Assembly: GCA_036172245.1 (NCBI GenBank)
Contig: JAYWIR010000005.1
Span: 4,030,001 to 4,094,000 of the forward strand
Source: Raillietiella orientalis
Taxonomy: Eukaryota
Direction: 5' to 3'
Length of the DNA stretch: 64,000 nt
Shown: one piece after another, positions 48,401 through 59,987 of the stretch
How the letters are laid out: every line of letters begins with the position of its first letter
How positions within the stretch are numbered: the stretch's first letter is position 1
Program-made: the position numbers and the translations under genes
The notes under the pieces: generated by a model
Databases searched by the model: none
The model's input: only the letters and a program-made list of their open reading frames with translations
Told to the model about the DNA's origin: nothing

Positions 48401-49589
48401 GTTTGCTGTAGGCGAAAATTAGGATGATCCATTTTTTTTTTTTTCTTTTTCTTTTTTTTTTCTAAGAATGATGTTTTCAAAAAAAGAAAAAAGCGACAAG
48501 TGTACGTCTCAAAGGTTATTTATATAAACTAAGTACAACCCAACCAAAGCGTTACTTAATTGGTGTTTTGATGATTTCCGACATTTGTATTTAAGTGGTC
48601 TCCAATGACCCGGGTTTATGCACAGCATGCATAACGGAGGAGAGTTTCGATAATGTCAGCGATTCGTGTCAGCGAGTGTTCTGCGTGTTGGGATATTATA
48701 ATTGTGAGAAAACAGGTACTTTAAATTTTTTTTTTTTTTTTGACAAAATATCTGCAGCAAAGAGGGGTCTGTCGGCTTAAGTGTCGTTAGGTGCTTTGGT
48801 CCGGTGCTTTTCGGATTCTGCATATCGTTTTAATCACGCGCCATGCTGGCTTCACTGTCATTTCCCGTCAAACGTCTCTAATGCTGATGGGCGACGTGAA
48901 AGTGACGGGGAAGATACAGATTTTCAGATAAACCAGAAAACACACTGCACTGGCCATTTTAGTTTGATTGAGAGAATGTTTAGACACTACATTAGAAAAT
49001 TTGATCAAGCAAGGTGAATGATGCTACTTACATCACCAAAGTGTGGGTCAGAAAGTACCTGACTTTAGTCATAGATTTGCTTTCCAGCATCAATTTTCAG
49101 TGCGAATCAAGCAGGATGTGGCGAGATGTGTTCTTGTTAATGCTGTTATCATACTCTTAATAGTGACAACTAATCCCCCCCCCCCGAAAAAAAAATTGTG
49201 TTCCAAAATCGTGAGCCCTTTCGTTCAGCAAGTGCTTCCGGATTTGTTGTGCTGTCAGTCAGTATGTACGTACGTGTACACGTGCGTTCGTCGAATCTTT
49301 TTCTCGTTTATCTGTCTGATGAGAGTGTAGAATTGCCAGTTTTTTTCTTGTGCATGCGGACATGGATGTAGGCATTGGATGGATGCAGCCTGCCGCAATG
49401 CGTGCGTGTGATAACAGATTTTGATAAACGTGTGTGTGATGGATTTCCTTCGTATAGGTGCACACTCCAGTAAAATGTTACAAACAGGGAGTGGTGTGCT
49501 TCTGATGTGCATTTCTGTTTTTTTTTTTTTTTACAGTGGTTCTCATACGTCTGATATGCCATGCCCGAGAGCGAAGAGAACACCCTAAG

Positions 49590-50950
49590 TTGGTTTAAAG
49601 ATAGCAGGATGTGAGCATCCCTGGTATTCGTTTCACATTGTGAATTTTCTCCAGCAAAATTTCGGTTGTGTCTTCGCTTTGCCGAAAGGCAGTCTCCTGT
49701 AGCATGTGTAAGATGGTTTGTAGTCTATGTTTTTCTTCATTCTCTTGATTATCTGCAAGAAATTCTTCAACATTCCTCATCCATTAGTTATTATTTCGTA
49801 TCCGTACTGCGTTTTCATTTTTTTCTGGAAGTTTGCTTGTAGAATCGCGGTCATCCAGAATAGTTTCGCCAGCTTCAACAGCCCTGTTATTGTGTTTCCC
49901 AAGAGTGAACATGTGGGCTCCATCGTTTGATCACATGGTTGTTGATCAGTTTGGTCCATAGTCGTGTTTCTTATTTTGCCGATTACAAGATTCCTTTGGG
50001 AATGGCCGTTTTGAAACAGTATTGTTCGTAAGAGACACCGAGGTTTGCTTTTCCAGGCACTGTTGCCATGACCACGCAATCATGTCGACGGACCAACTTT
50101 CATCGTCAATTTGTCCGTATAGCATCGTATGGTTGTCAGCGTTGATTTGTATGGGAGCAGAATCGAAAGCCTTCGCATCCTAGTCTTGGATTTCGCATCC
50201 TGTTGATGCATCTCACGGCACCCATCCTTCTCCCTTTTTAATTCTGGTTTGCTCTTTTCAGTTTGGGCACATGTTTTGTGCTTGTTTTTCTTTGGCTATA
50301 AATAGGTTCCTGCTCGTTGTTTTCCTGTGCCTATTATACCAGGAACTTTCCAAGGATAAAAAAAAAAAAAAAAAAGACATGTAGTCACGGATTTTCCCGT
50401 TCGTCTTATTGATTAATACGCCAATCAGTTGCAGGTCCTCCCCGTTGATTTAAGGACCATTTCCTTCAAAAGTGTGCTGCTTGGAGTATAAAATTACCAA
50501 TACGTACAACTTGATGCATGTGATGTTCCAAAAGATCTATCAACCCGACAGATGTTCTTCATCCGATTACAGAAACGGCAATCGTGAACAATCGAATTCT
50601 TGTGTTTCGTCTCGGTTGCGAGCTGTCGTCTCCATCTCGTGTCGTGCTGTTTGGTCTCCAAGTCGCCGACATCTCACAACAGGCAGAAGAAGCTTTTTCG
50701 TGGTGCCGAGCCAGAGAGGACTTTCCCTTCCTGGTTGTTCCTACCACTCTTTCAGCTGCGTTCGGCGCGAGGCAGCTGCGTACCGGGGTCTTCCGGTGCT
50801 CGGTACTCGGCAAAGCAGCACCGGGGCGAATTTCCTTGCGAGCATCTCGTGTTCGTTCCTCAGGATTTCCATGTCTTTTCCTTGTTAATTTCTCTGGAAT
50901 GCCCCTGTCAAGATAAGGTGCCTCGCTACAGAATTTAGCGTGGGTCACTT
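49590..50950 (-). mobile_element. Decayed Penelope-like element
   Basis: LPSTEHRKTPVRS (cf. LPKIHKxxxPxRP), LRTILFQNGHS (cf. LxxILxxNGYP) and KHRLQTILH...LLEKIH (GIY-YIG C-terminus). Confidence 0.45.
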
Positions 50951-51249
50951 ATTTCCGCTTAATTTACGGGAGAACGGGGACACCGACGGCTCATATTTCA
51001 CTTGCTTTGAACCGCGGATGAGTGAGATCTCAGCAGTTTACTGCAGAGCGTTTTATTTCCTTTTGCTTTTAGTTCTGATGTAAACAAAAGGATTTCGAAT
51101 TTGGGGGGAGGGGAAGCTCCTTGGTTTTGCTTGCACAGTGATCCCACCGTTCAGAACACACACATACGCACAAAAAGGAAAGGAAATAAAAGCAGAAAAG
51201 TGCTTTCTTTTTTCTCTCTCACAGTCTTGTAGGTTGCCCCAGCAACTTG

Positions 51250-52270
51250 CCAGTGCCACGTTGAAGTCGTGTGGCCAGTGCGTGTTGGCGTTTTCCGTAA
51301 AGACACCGCGCGCTGTTCATCCCACGGTCGTTTGGAGCGCCATGAGTTGCGATCCGAAGGCGAAATCTCCCATCCAGAGCACGATATTTCACGGACACTT
51401 GGGAATGAAAGCAAGCATCATCAATGGAGATCCGAAACCTCGTAGTACGAACGCATCGGATGCCGTGCATCCGTTCCTTTACGTCATGAATCTTGGATTT
51501 TTGTGCGTGGATCTCATTGTCTCCTATGGCGAAGAAGCGTTTTCATCCTTACAGATGGATGTAACGCGATCTTCGGAACGAAGAAGGAAAAAAAAAAAAA
51601 AATTTTTTTTTTCCCTTTATGCTCCTGAACGTGGATATAGGGATTTCAAGCTTCAATGAAACTCCCATCTTCTCCAACGAGCAACGGAAATACGGGAGCA
51701 TTGTCTATTCTTGTTCCTTACACATGAAAATCCTTTTGCTTTCCGCTTCCCATTCGGATTATTACAGTCTTTTCTGTAATTCCCTGCCCATTTGTCAAAG
51801 AATGCAGACGGTGCAGTAATTGCTTACGAAAATATAGGGAAGGCATTCGCAGCGATGTTTACGAACGATTAGTATCCTTTCGTTGGTCAGTCGTCTATCG
51901 AGCCTTCTCGAGTCGCATCTCTTCCGTGCTGTCTCCGCGGACACCCCTCTCCGCGAGCGTGCGTTCGGTCCCAATCCGGAGGATTTTCCCGAATTCGCCA
52001 GAGTGTCCCGGACAAAGTCGCCGGCGTTTCTCGGTGTTTGCGCGCCCTGTGCAATGCGAGGGGGCGATGCAGCCTTTGAAAGCGAAGGCGTTTTCCCCTC
52101 GCTTTGAAAGGAGGACTCTTGGGTCTTTGCTGCCGCGGCTTAGGGCCTCCTCCTGTTCCTGCCATCAGTCGTTGTGCCTCTTGAACGCAAGTTGCCGTTC
52201 GGGCGCGAGGGATACGGGGAAGCCATCCGGACGGCACGGATCCTTTTTCCAGCCGAGGAGCGTCTTCTTA
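51250..52270 (+). mobile_element. Decayed Penelope-like element
   Basis: LAFSVKT, IFHG...INGDP, LCVD, LFCNSLP and VSRLSSLL...TPLRE...VCAPC, in PLE order. Confidence 0.4.
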
Positions 52271-52570
52271 ATTTAATCTTAAACGTTTCTTACTTTTAAC
52301 AATTATGTATTGGCAATATTTCAAGAGCAACTTAATATAAGCTGAAAATAGGCCTTTCAAGCCTCACGTTTTACATTTTGCCAACATAATTAACGGAAGA
52401 TTCTCTTGTCAGCCTCGCGAGCTTGTTGGCCATTTGCTTCTTTGGCTTTACGGTTTTCGTCTTTGCGAAAGCGTAGATGCTGCGTTTCTGGAAGCCTTGA
52501 CCTGGTCCATTATTTTGGCGCAAATATTTTCTTTTCGCTAGCCAAGTTACGTGTAACGGTGTTCAGAAAG

Positions 52571-52592
52571 TCATCATCATCATCATCATCAT
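52571..52592. repeat. (TCA)n microsatellite
   Basis: Seven TCA units. Confidence 0.9.
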
Positions 52593-53556
52593 CGTAATAA
52601 TGATATTAAAAAAAAAGAAAAGCCTTCTCCTCTGTGCTTAAGGGGGGGAGTGATTCGTTGCATCGTAAACACCGATATGTCTTATGCCGCGGATGCATTA
52701 CGGTCTCCAAAGCCTCGAAATCGAGGGAACGTTGCTGCACGGCAAAAGCGGCTTCAAGGAGAATCTGTGGCACTTTGTGGTGCGGTCTCTGACGGCGGTC
52801 CCCATGGCACTTGATGTGGTTGCCAATGGTAGGTGCTGGTGGAATGCCTCTTTCTGGTCGTCGTGTGCCCTTCTGCCTCCTGCGAGGACATGATCTCCAC
52901 GGCCGTAGTATTTATTGTATTTGCTGTTGTTGTTGTTGTACGTGGATTCGAACATCTTCGTCTCAAGCGGGGTCCGATTCCAGGCTTTGGTTACCCGTTC
53001 TTGTTTGGAAAAAAAAAAAAAAATCCTGCCTTTTCCGCCAGTGCACCGCTGAAAATGGAAAGTTCTGGAATTTCGAAATGCTTCGGCGTTTACTCTTGCT
53101 GGTCCAAAAGTTGATGTGGAGTTCGTTCGTAACCGGGTTTCTAAACATCATGAAGTCTCGCAATCGTATGTGTCACCGATGTTGTTCCCCTTTACGTGAA
53201 TGCGTTTTTACTTTCCATTGAATGCTCCGCAGTGTTTTTTTTTTTTTTTTTGTTCTCGCTGCGGTTCTCCACGTTTCCATGAAAACTTGAGTGCTCGTCC
53301 TGCACTGTTATTTGCCGAGAGAGGAGAGAAAGTTAGAAGGGGACGAAGATTTGCTTCTGTGTTGCATTTGCTTCTTCTTCTCCCCCCCCCCCCCCTCTAA
53401 GGTATTACGGCCGGAAAAATCCCAAGTTCGAACATGACTTCGTTTAACGCAAGTGCTATCGGACATTGGCATCGCATTTCATGTTCCAAAAGTATGGAAC
53501 ACTGCAAAGGGAAGAGTCCAGGATCGCTGCTACTTAGTTAACCAGGCAGCCCTAGA

Positions 53557-53591
53557 CGCTTCTTGGCCTTTTGACTAAGACCAAAGTGCAG
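53557..53591 (+). pseudogene. 3'-truncated U2 snRNA retrocopy flanked by a 13-bp direct repeat
   Basis: CGCTTCTTGGCCTTTTGACTAAGACCAAAGTGCAG against the U2 5' end CGCTTCTCGGCCTTTTGGCTAAGATCAAAGTGTAG as recalled (31/35). GCAGCCCTAGACG occurs at 53546-53558 and 53588-53600. Confidence 0.85.
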
Positions 53592-54199
53592 CCCTAGACG
53601 GGACACAAGACTCACCTATCCTTTAACGGATCACTTTTTCATGGGGAAGGGCATTTCCAACGGTTGTCCGAAATGCAGTTTGAATGCCTTTCGTGGAGCT
53701 GCCGTGAATGCCACGTGAACTGCGAATCCTGAAAATCCGAGATATGCTGCGGGTGGATCCTAAACATGGATGCTGTGGATTTTAGAGAGTGATCAGGTGG
53801 CGCAACTTTTACATTATCTGTGAAGTATTGTGTTAGAAGTTTCTTAAGTGCAGGTGCAATCCAAAGTTATTTACTCATGGTGAAAATCACTTCTTTTTTT
53901 CTCTCAGAAAGGTCTCCCGGTCAAGCTGCGCGACCCCTTCCCATGTGCCTGTGGATATTTCGAAATCTCGCAGTGTTTACTTGTTTGAAATTTGTTTTGT
54001 AGACTGTTTTCACAACGCGCTTCACGAATTCAATTGAATCCCAAATAGTTCCTCGTCTGGTCCAAGTCAGTTAAAGTTTCACTGTTGACGTTTGTTTGTA
54101 CAGAGAGCACTTTTATGGTGTTGCAGCTTTGTGGTGCTCCGGTGCACCAGTTCTCAGCTGTTTTCCTCCTGTAAAATAATTACGTATAACAGAGCTTGC

Positions 54200-55750
54200 C
54201 CCAGATCGTAGTTGCTTCTACCTGATCAATTTTCAATGTCCGTCGGGATTGAGGATTCTTCCATCACTCCGTGGTTGGTGGTGGTTGGTGGGGGAGCGCA
54301 TCAAGCAGACGCAGTTGAACGGGAATTCTTTGGTGGGGTGATGACTCGTTTCATCGGGAGGGAATACCAGGAGACACTCTTAGCATGCAACCTGAGTTGT
54401 TATTTTCACGAATGAGTCTGTGAAAAAACTAGCTGCTTTGGAGATTCGGATCGTTTTGACTCAGAGAGCAAAACATATGACGAATAGAAAATAAAAACCT
54501 GACCATCTACTATGTTTGCATTGAATTCGACAGCGTTCATAATAGACTTTGTGCGAAAACTCTCGAGGATACACATTTTCATTTCTGTCTGGTGCTTCAC
54601 TTCCTGTTCCGTTGAATTCCGTTGGTTGTGTGTGTCCGAGGGGTTTCAAACGAGTAAATGAAAAAGGAGAAGAAGAAAATCAAAAGAATTTATAGCTATT
54701 CGTTTTATTTTTATTGTTCGGAGCCCGTGTTTCGAAATTTCGACACGTTTCCATGTGACACTTCATTCGTGCATGTGGGTTTCGGCCTGCCTAGGAGAAA
54801 CTTGTTGTCTTCGCGCTTTGCGGATCCGCCGCGAAACGGTCCGGGGAATGAGCCGCCGCACCAGCGCAGCATCCAGGAGTCGCCGCGGGTGTTGCAAAAG
54901 TGTGGGCCAGCAAGGGGTGGTGTCTTCGGGACTTTCGAGTTTCGGTGCTTTCCTCCAGCGGGAGCACGATCTGGCTCGCCTCTGTCAGATGCAGAATCAA
55001 GCTCCGAGCCGGTAGACGGTTTTCGCACGTGTGGAATTCGTCTCCTGAAAAAAGAGTCACTCCTGCCATTCGTTTTTCCACAATTTTTTTCTCCCTCTTC
55101 TTCACTCTCAAATAGTGCGCACAGCTTTTCCATGCGGCAAGTTGGGCGATCCTAACGCGCCTTAATGAAAGATTCGTTAAACGAAAGATACAAGAATCTC
55201 GTGTTCGCAAAATCCATTGGTTAGCTTGATAGTTGTTTTCAAGGTTTTCATCAAGGTTATTTTGCCGGTGGCTTGCATCAGTGTTTTCACTTTCATACAT
55301 TCGGAGAATATCTGAATAAATTTCGCGTGTAGCATTTTCCTTTTTTTTTTTTTTTCCTTTTCCCCTCCTTCTTTTCCCCCCTTTTCTTCCGATAGTGTGT
55401 TCTTTCGAGTGCTCATTCCGTGTTGGATTATAGCGACGGCATTGTGGGGTGCACCAGTGAATGCAAAATGAGGGCCAGCATGAAATTTGATGTGCACTCG
55501 GTGCTTGTGCGAGCAGCATCGGACGGAATCTTTGAAATTCCAATGTGTTGATTCCCGATGTGCAGAACGATGCTGAAAGTCGAGTGTGTGGCCACAGACA
55601 CGCGGTTTTCGCAAATTGAAGGGATGTTGAAGGAATGCCCGTGATTATGGACTTTCATGCTTTCCACTCACTGAAGATGCTCCTGTGTGTGCCCTTGCAA
55701 CGTAGTCTCGAATTATATCGTGTGTTGGCGTGCAGTGTTGCAGGTCCCGA
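54200..55750 (+). mobile_element. Decayed Penelope-like element ending in a degenerate hammerhead-like motif
   Basis: RFIGREYQE (RT4), an RT thumb-like region, GIY-YIG C-terminal-like VHQ...CAL...GRN...NVL...N*RDVEGMPVI, then CTGAAGATG...GCAACGT at 55671-55703. Confidence 0.45.
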
Positions 55751-56999
55751 GATTGCTTCCATGATTGGAGACAGAAATCCTTCTCAAGAATTGTTCTCCA
55801 CATTGCCGGTTGTGATTTGTGGCTGACTTGTTTCAGTGATGCAAGCAAGGCACGCAAAATGCCTCCCGTACGTGTAACGTTGTTTGTATAGTACCGATTT
55901 TTTTTTTTTTTTTTCCTCATCATTACAAACTTTCTTTGTTTTACATAACAAAGCATTATTGATGCTATCTGTTCCACTTTTGCCATCTTATGCTGCAGTT
56001 AATATGTATGACAAGAACATGAATGGTCTGTGAACAAGATAAATAAGTAAAAAGGCGGAAGTGACGGTTGCGAGTGATACAACGTACTAGTGTGAGTCTG
56101 TGCTGGGGCCTTGTAGTTTGGAGTACATAAAAAGGGGAAGAGAAGTTCTTGGCAATTCCGTCGTTTAGTTGAGTACTGCGATCGACTCGTTCTCAGTGAA
56201 TGTAGCTGTAGATACTGGAACATAGCCTAAAGTGGAACTAAGCAGTCCCGTTAGCCAAGTCTTTGCTTGCGATCTTTTACCGCTTTAACGTCAGGAGTTG
56301 GCCAGCATTTCTTGGTTCTCAGCCAATGATGATGGAATCCAGAAATGGTATAGTAACACATCTTCATTTGTCTTTTCAACCATAGTATGATAATCCGAGT
56401 GTCTATAATTTGTATTTACTAATTCTATCTTCGTTATTCAGTTCTTTAGCTTGATTTACTCCCAAGTTCTTATGTAATAAAAGAGTTAGTTTGTGTGCCA
56501 CAGTATTGAGTTTTTCTTCCTTTTATTCTGCAATTGCAAATGTACGATAGGGAAAGAAGTTCATCTTCTCGAGTTGATGAGTGGATTGCTTATAATGCTA
56601 ATGATAGAAAAAATGTTCGATGTAGTCAGTTAGAATGCGTTGCTGTTTCTGGGAAGCTAGCTAGCAAAGTGTATCATTATGACCAGCATGCAAAACTCCT
56701 CCCCCCCCGCCCCTATCTCTGTACAGAAAGTATTTTTTTATTTATTCGCTTTACCAACGAGCATTTTTATTGTGTACGAGAGAAATCATTTGAGTCCAAA
56801 CGAACTTGTCTTGAAATAATGTGTCTGAGGAAGCCACAATAAAACTGGGTGCATATCTGTACGTATGTTTCAGAGAGAGGGAAGAAAAGAAAAGAAAAAA
56901 AAAAAAAAAAAACGAATGTGTGCTTTCTTTTCTCAAATCTTTATTTATTTGTTTTGCGAATTAGTTCTCGTTTTACAAACAGGAAGCGGATCTTTTTTT

Positions 57000-58620
57000 A
57001 GGTGCAAATCGTACCTTTTCCAGGGCTGAAAGTAAATACAAAAATAGGAATACTGTGCGTAGGTATGATGTGAGCTCCTGTGCCAAAAATACACATCTCT
57101 TCAAACTCTTCCGGTGCATGTTGAGCAGGGCCGCAGCTTCTAAGCTGACTTCTCTTTTGTCTGCATACGTCTATTTGCCATGTGCCAGGTGTACATGGAA
57201 TAATCGCTCTCCGTTGATGGGACAGTTTGTTTACGGAGAGAATGTTGTTTCGGAGCCATGAATATGTTTTATAGTTTTCGAGTTGATATTGAAAGTAAAG
57301 CGATTCGAATCTCTGCTTTTGATGCCAATTCATTCTGTAATTTGGACCGAAACAAGGATGATACAGCAGGCACGCTCCTTCCTCTTGATTGGAGCCAGGG
57401 GCTGGTTCGAAAACATCATCATCATCGAATATGCAAAGGCACCGATCCGATGATGCAAGCAAGATATTGCTAGTGTTTTATAGAAATATTGGTTGGGTGA
57501 GAGAGAGAGAGAGAGAGAGGGAAAAAGAAGCGCTGACTAAATGGCGGACGCGAGAATGCTGTTTGTTTGTTTTGACACAATTTCATAATCTTGGCATCGT
57601 CGGTTAACGATTTTGGAAGATTCTGACAGTTTTTTCCCGGAGATTCCTCAAAGCACAACGTAAGGCTTTGTTTATGAAAACCACACGCAGTTTTTGAAAG
57701 GAATATTGTAAATTCATAGCGTGAGTGGCCGATGTTGTGTTAGTGATGTGTGTTACAGCTAGGATCGAGATGCACCGTAAATTTTGATTCCGGCGCTGTA
57801 GGTGAAGCCAGGTATGTAAATCGGAAACCTTAGCGTTATCTCTGACAGATGCCGTAAGGATGCATGTCCCTTTTCTACTGGGGGCATCCACTTCCCGAAT
57901 GGATACGAATGAAATAACGGCTCGTAGTAAGGTACTAGACTGAAAGTGATGCTTCTGCTACTGGAATGGTCCATCCAAACTTTTACTTTCGTTAAAACAC
58001 CTCGGTGAGGCGAGGTGAATTCCTTAGAAAATCTTTTCTCAAAAGGAAACAAGAAAGATCAATTTGACGAGACGTAGTCTTCCCCTTGTGCACTTGAAAG
58101 GATGCGCGCCTATGTTGGTCTGTGAGCGCGGTCAAAGCAACGTCTGGACGATTCAATGTGTCAAAGAAAGCATGAATCACGAATCTTGAGAGCACTGTTC
58201 CTTCGATGCTTTCTTTCCCTCGAAAACGCCTCCGAACGATCTTTACAACATGTAATAAAGATTTAGATGTGGGCCCACTGCTCTCACGGTCTGTTTGCGT
58301 TTCGGCGTGCGGACTTGCAGTCTCAGAACGAAAGAACCAGGTGGCCGTGGTCAAGTAGATCACACTGTTTTCATCTGTGAAAGTGACTGCGGGAGCACGC
58401 TCAAGTAATGAACACCGCAGATCTCTGTGTGCACACCATAGTTTTCGGTTCGGGGACTTTCCGATGCCGTTTTCGCCCGTGATTTTAGGCATGGAGACTT
58501 CGTTCTCCACATCCGAGCAGGAAGCGCACATGGACAGTGGTCGCTTGGCACGATAAAATAAGGAGCTGTTTCGTTGACATGGTACGGATCAGAGTGCCGC
58601 CGATCCACTTCGGATCTGTG
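57000..58620 (-). mobile_element. Decayed Penelope-like element (RT plus GIY-YIG)
   Basis: TAPYFIVPSDH, YLTTATWFF...SSGPTS...LSRFVIHAF, ATHA...QKL...KA and LRNNIL...IIPC...KRSQL...QH...GAH...H, in PLE order. Confidence 0.5.
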
Positions 58621-59743
58621 GGATTTTTGTGATTTGACACCATACGATGTATGCGGTTGTGTTGACAGATTTGTTCTGTTATTGCTTTTAGTTTTTTTCT
58701 GATCTTTTAGAAAACTAGAATATTACGAGGAACTCAGGTGGTGCACGCTGGTGGAATAGTCTGGTCTCCTCCTTTGGACAGATCGTCTTGTTTTCTTGTT
58801 AGGGATTCAACTGGAAGATGGTTTCTTTGAAAAAAAAGGTTGTCGATCGAACCTTAAGGATTCGAGTGTACGTTCCTGTGAATGTCCTCGAGATCGTTCA
58901 TGGGGACAGACGCATGCTGGCATGCTTTCTTTTCCAGTTGGAATAATTTGATGTGAATAAAATGTCCTGCAATTTGACGTTTTGAATCAGGCGCGTCTGT
59001 AGAATCGTGCATCATATGAGTGATCATTTAAGAGCACTTCGAAGGCAGAGGTTTAGCATGTAAACAGGAAAAAGATTGGCACGTAGATGCGCATAAACTC
59101 ATATTAGCTCATTATGAATATGCATGCGGTATTAAATATGCGTATAATCATTTCCACTTTCAAGATTATGCATATGTATGTAAGAGATAATGGCTCATTC
59201 GAGTATCGGGTGTCCTGAGGAAGTCCTGAAGTGATCTCTGCCGAACGTGTGCTACGAAGCTTTGGAGAAATTTGACTAGATTCCTAAAATAAAATGACCT
59301 CCCACTCCCACCACACACAACTGCTGAACCCAGCTTTGGTTTTTAGGTGCAAGTTTCATGACAATTCTCGGGGGAGGAGGGGTGGGGTGGGGGAAGGAAC
59401 GGTTTTGGTGACTCCATTGGCCAATTCAGTGGAAATGATTCCCACGGCAGATTTCTCTAAGAAACCCCACTTATCCAGGGTGAAGAGTTTCTTACATTGG
59501 TCCAAGAAGTTTTCAAATTCGGAGACGGTCGTAACGATGAGTTCAGTTTAGCCACAGTTCTTGAAGCAAGCAGCACCGGAAAACCGGCATTGCACGTAGC
59601 GTTTCGCACCATTCCAGTGGTAGCACGAATGGATGCAATGGGAGTGCGTGGATTGAAAACGAGAAGTTGCAGCCTCACAATCCCAGACACTTTACACTTT
59701 TTCGTGTTTCAATACTGCTTAAAGAATGCTTTTATATAATTCG

Positions 59744-59775
<32 letters not shown>

Positions 59776-59831
59776 TAAAGATCTGGATTCTGGTTTTAAA
59801 ACGGCATCTTCAATTTGGCTTTATTTTCTAG

Positions 59832-59987
59832 GATGAGTTTCATCCTTTTATTGAGGCTCTGCTGCCTCATGTTAAAGCATTTTCGTATACTTGGTTCAAC
59901 TTGCAAGCAGCCAAAAGGAAGTATTTCAAAAAACATGAAAAACGAATGTCACTGGAGGAAGAAAAGAGATGTAAAGAAGAATTGATG
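59832..59987 (+). CDS. NFI: Nuclear factor I (NFI/CTF) DNA-binding domain exon; internal exon, remainder of the gene not identified in the window
   Basis: The 156-nt exon TTCTAG|GATGAG...ATG|GTGAGT encodes [52 protein letters not shown], the near-invariant NFI N-terminus. It is absent from the ORF track. Confidence 0.97.
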
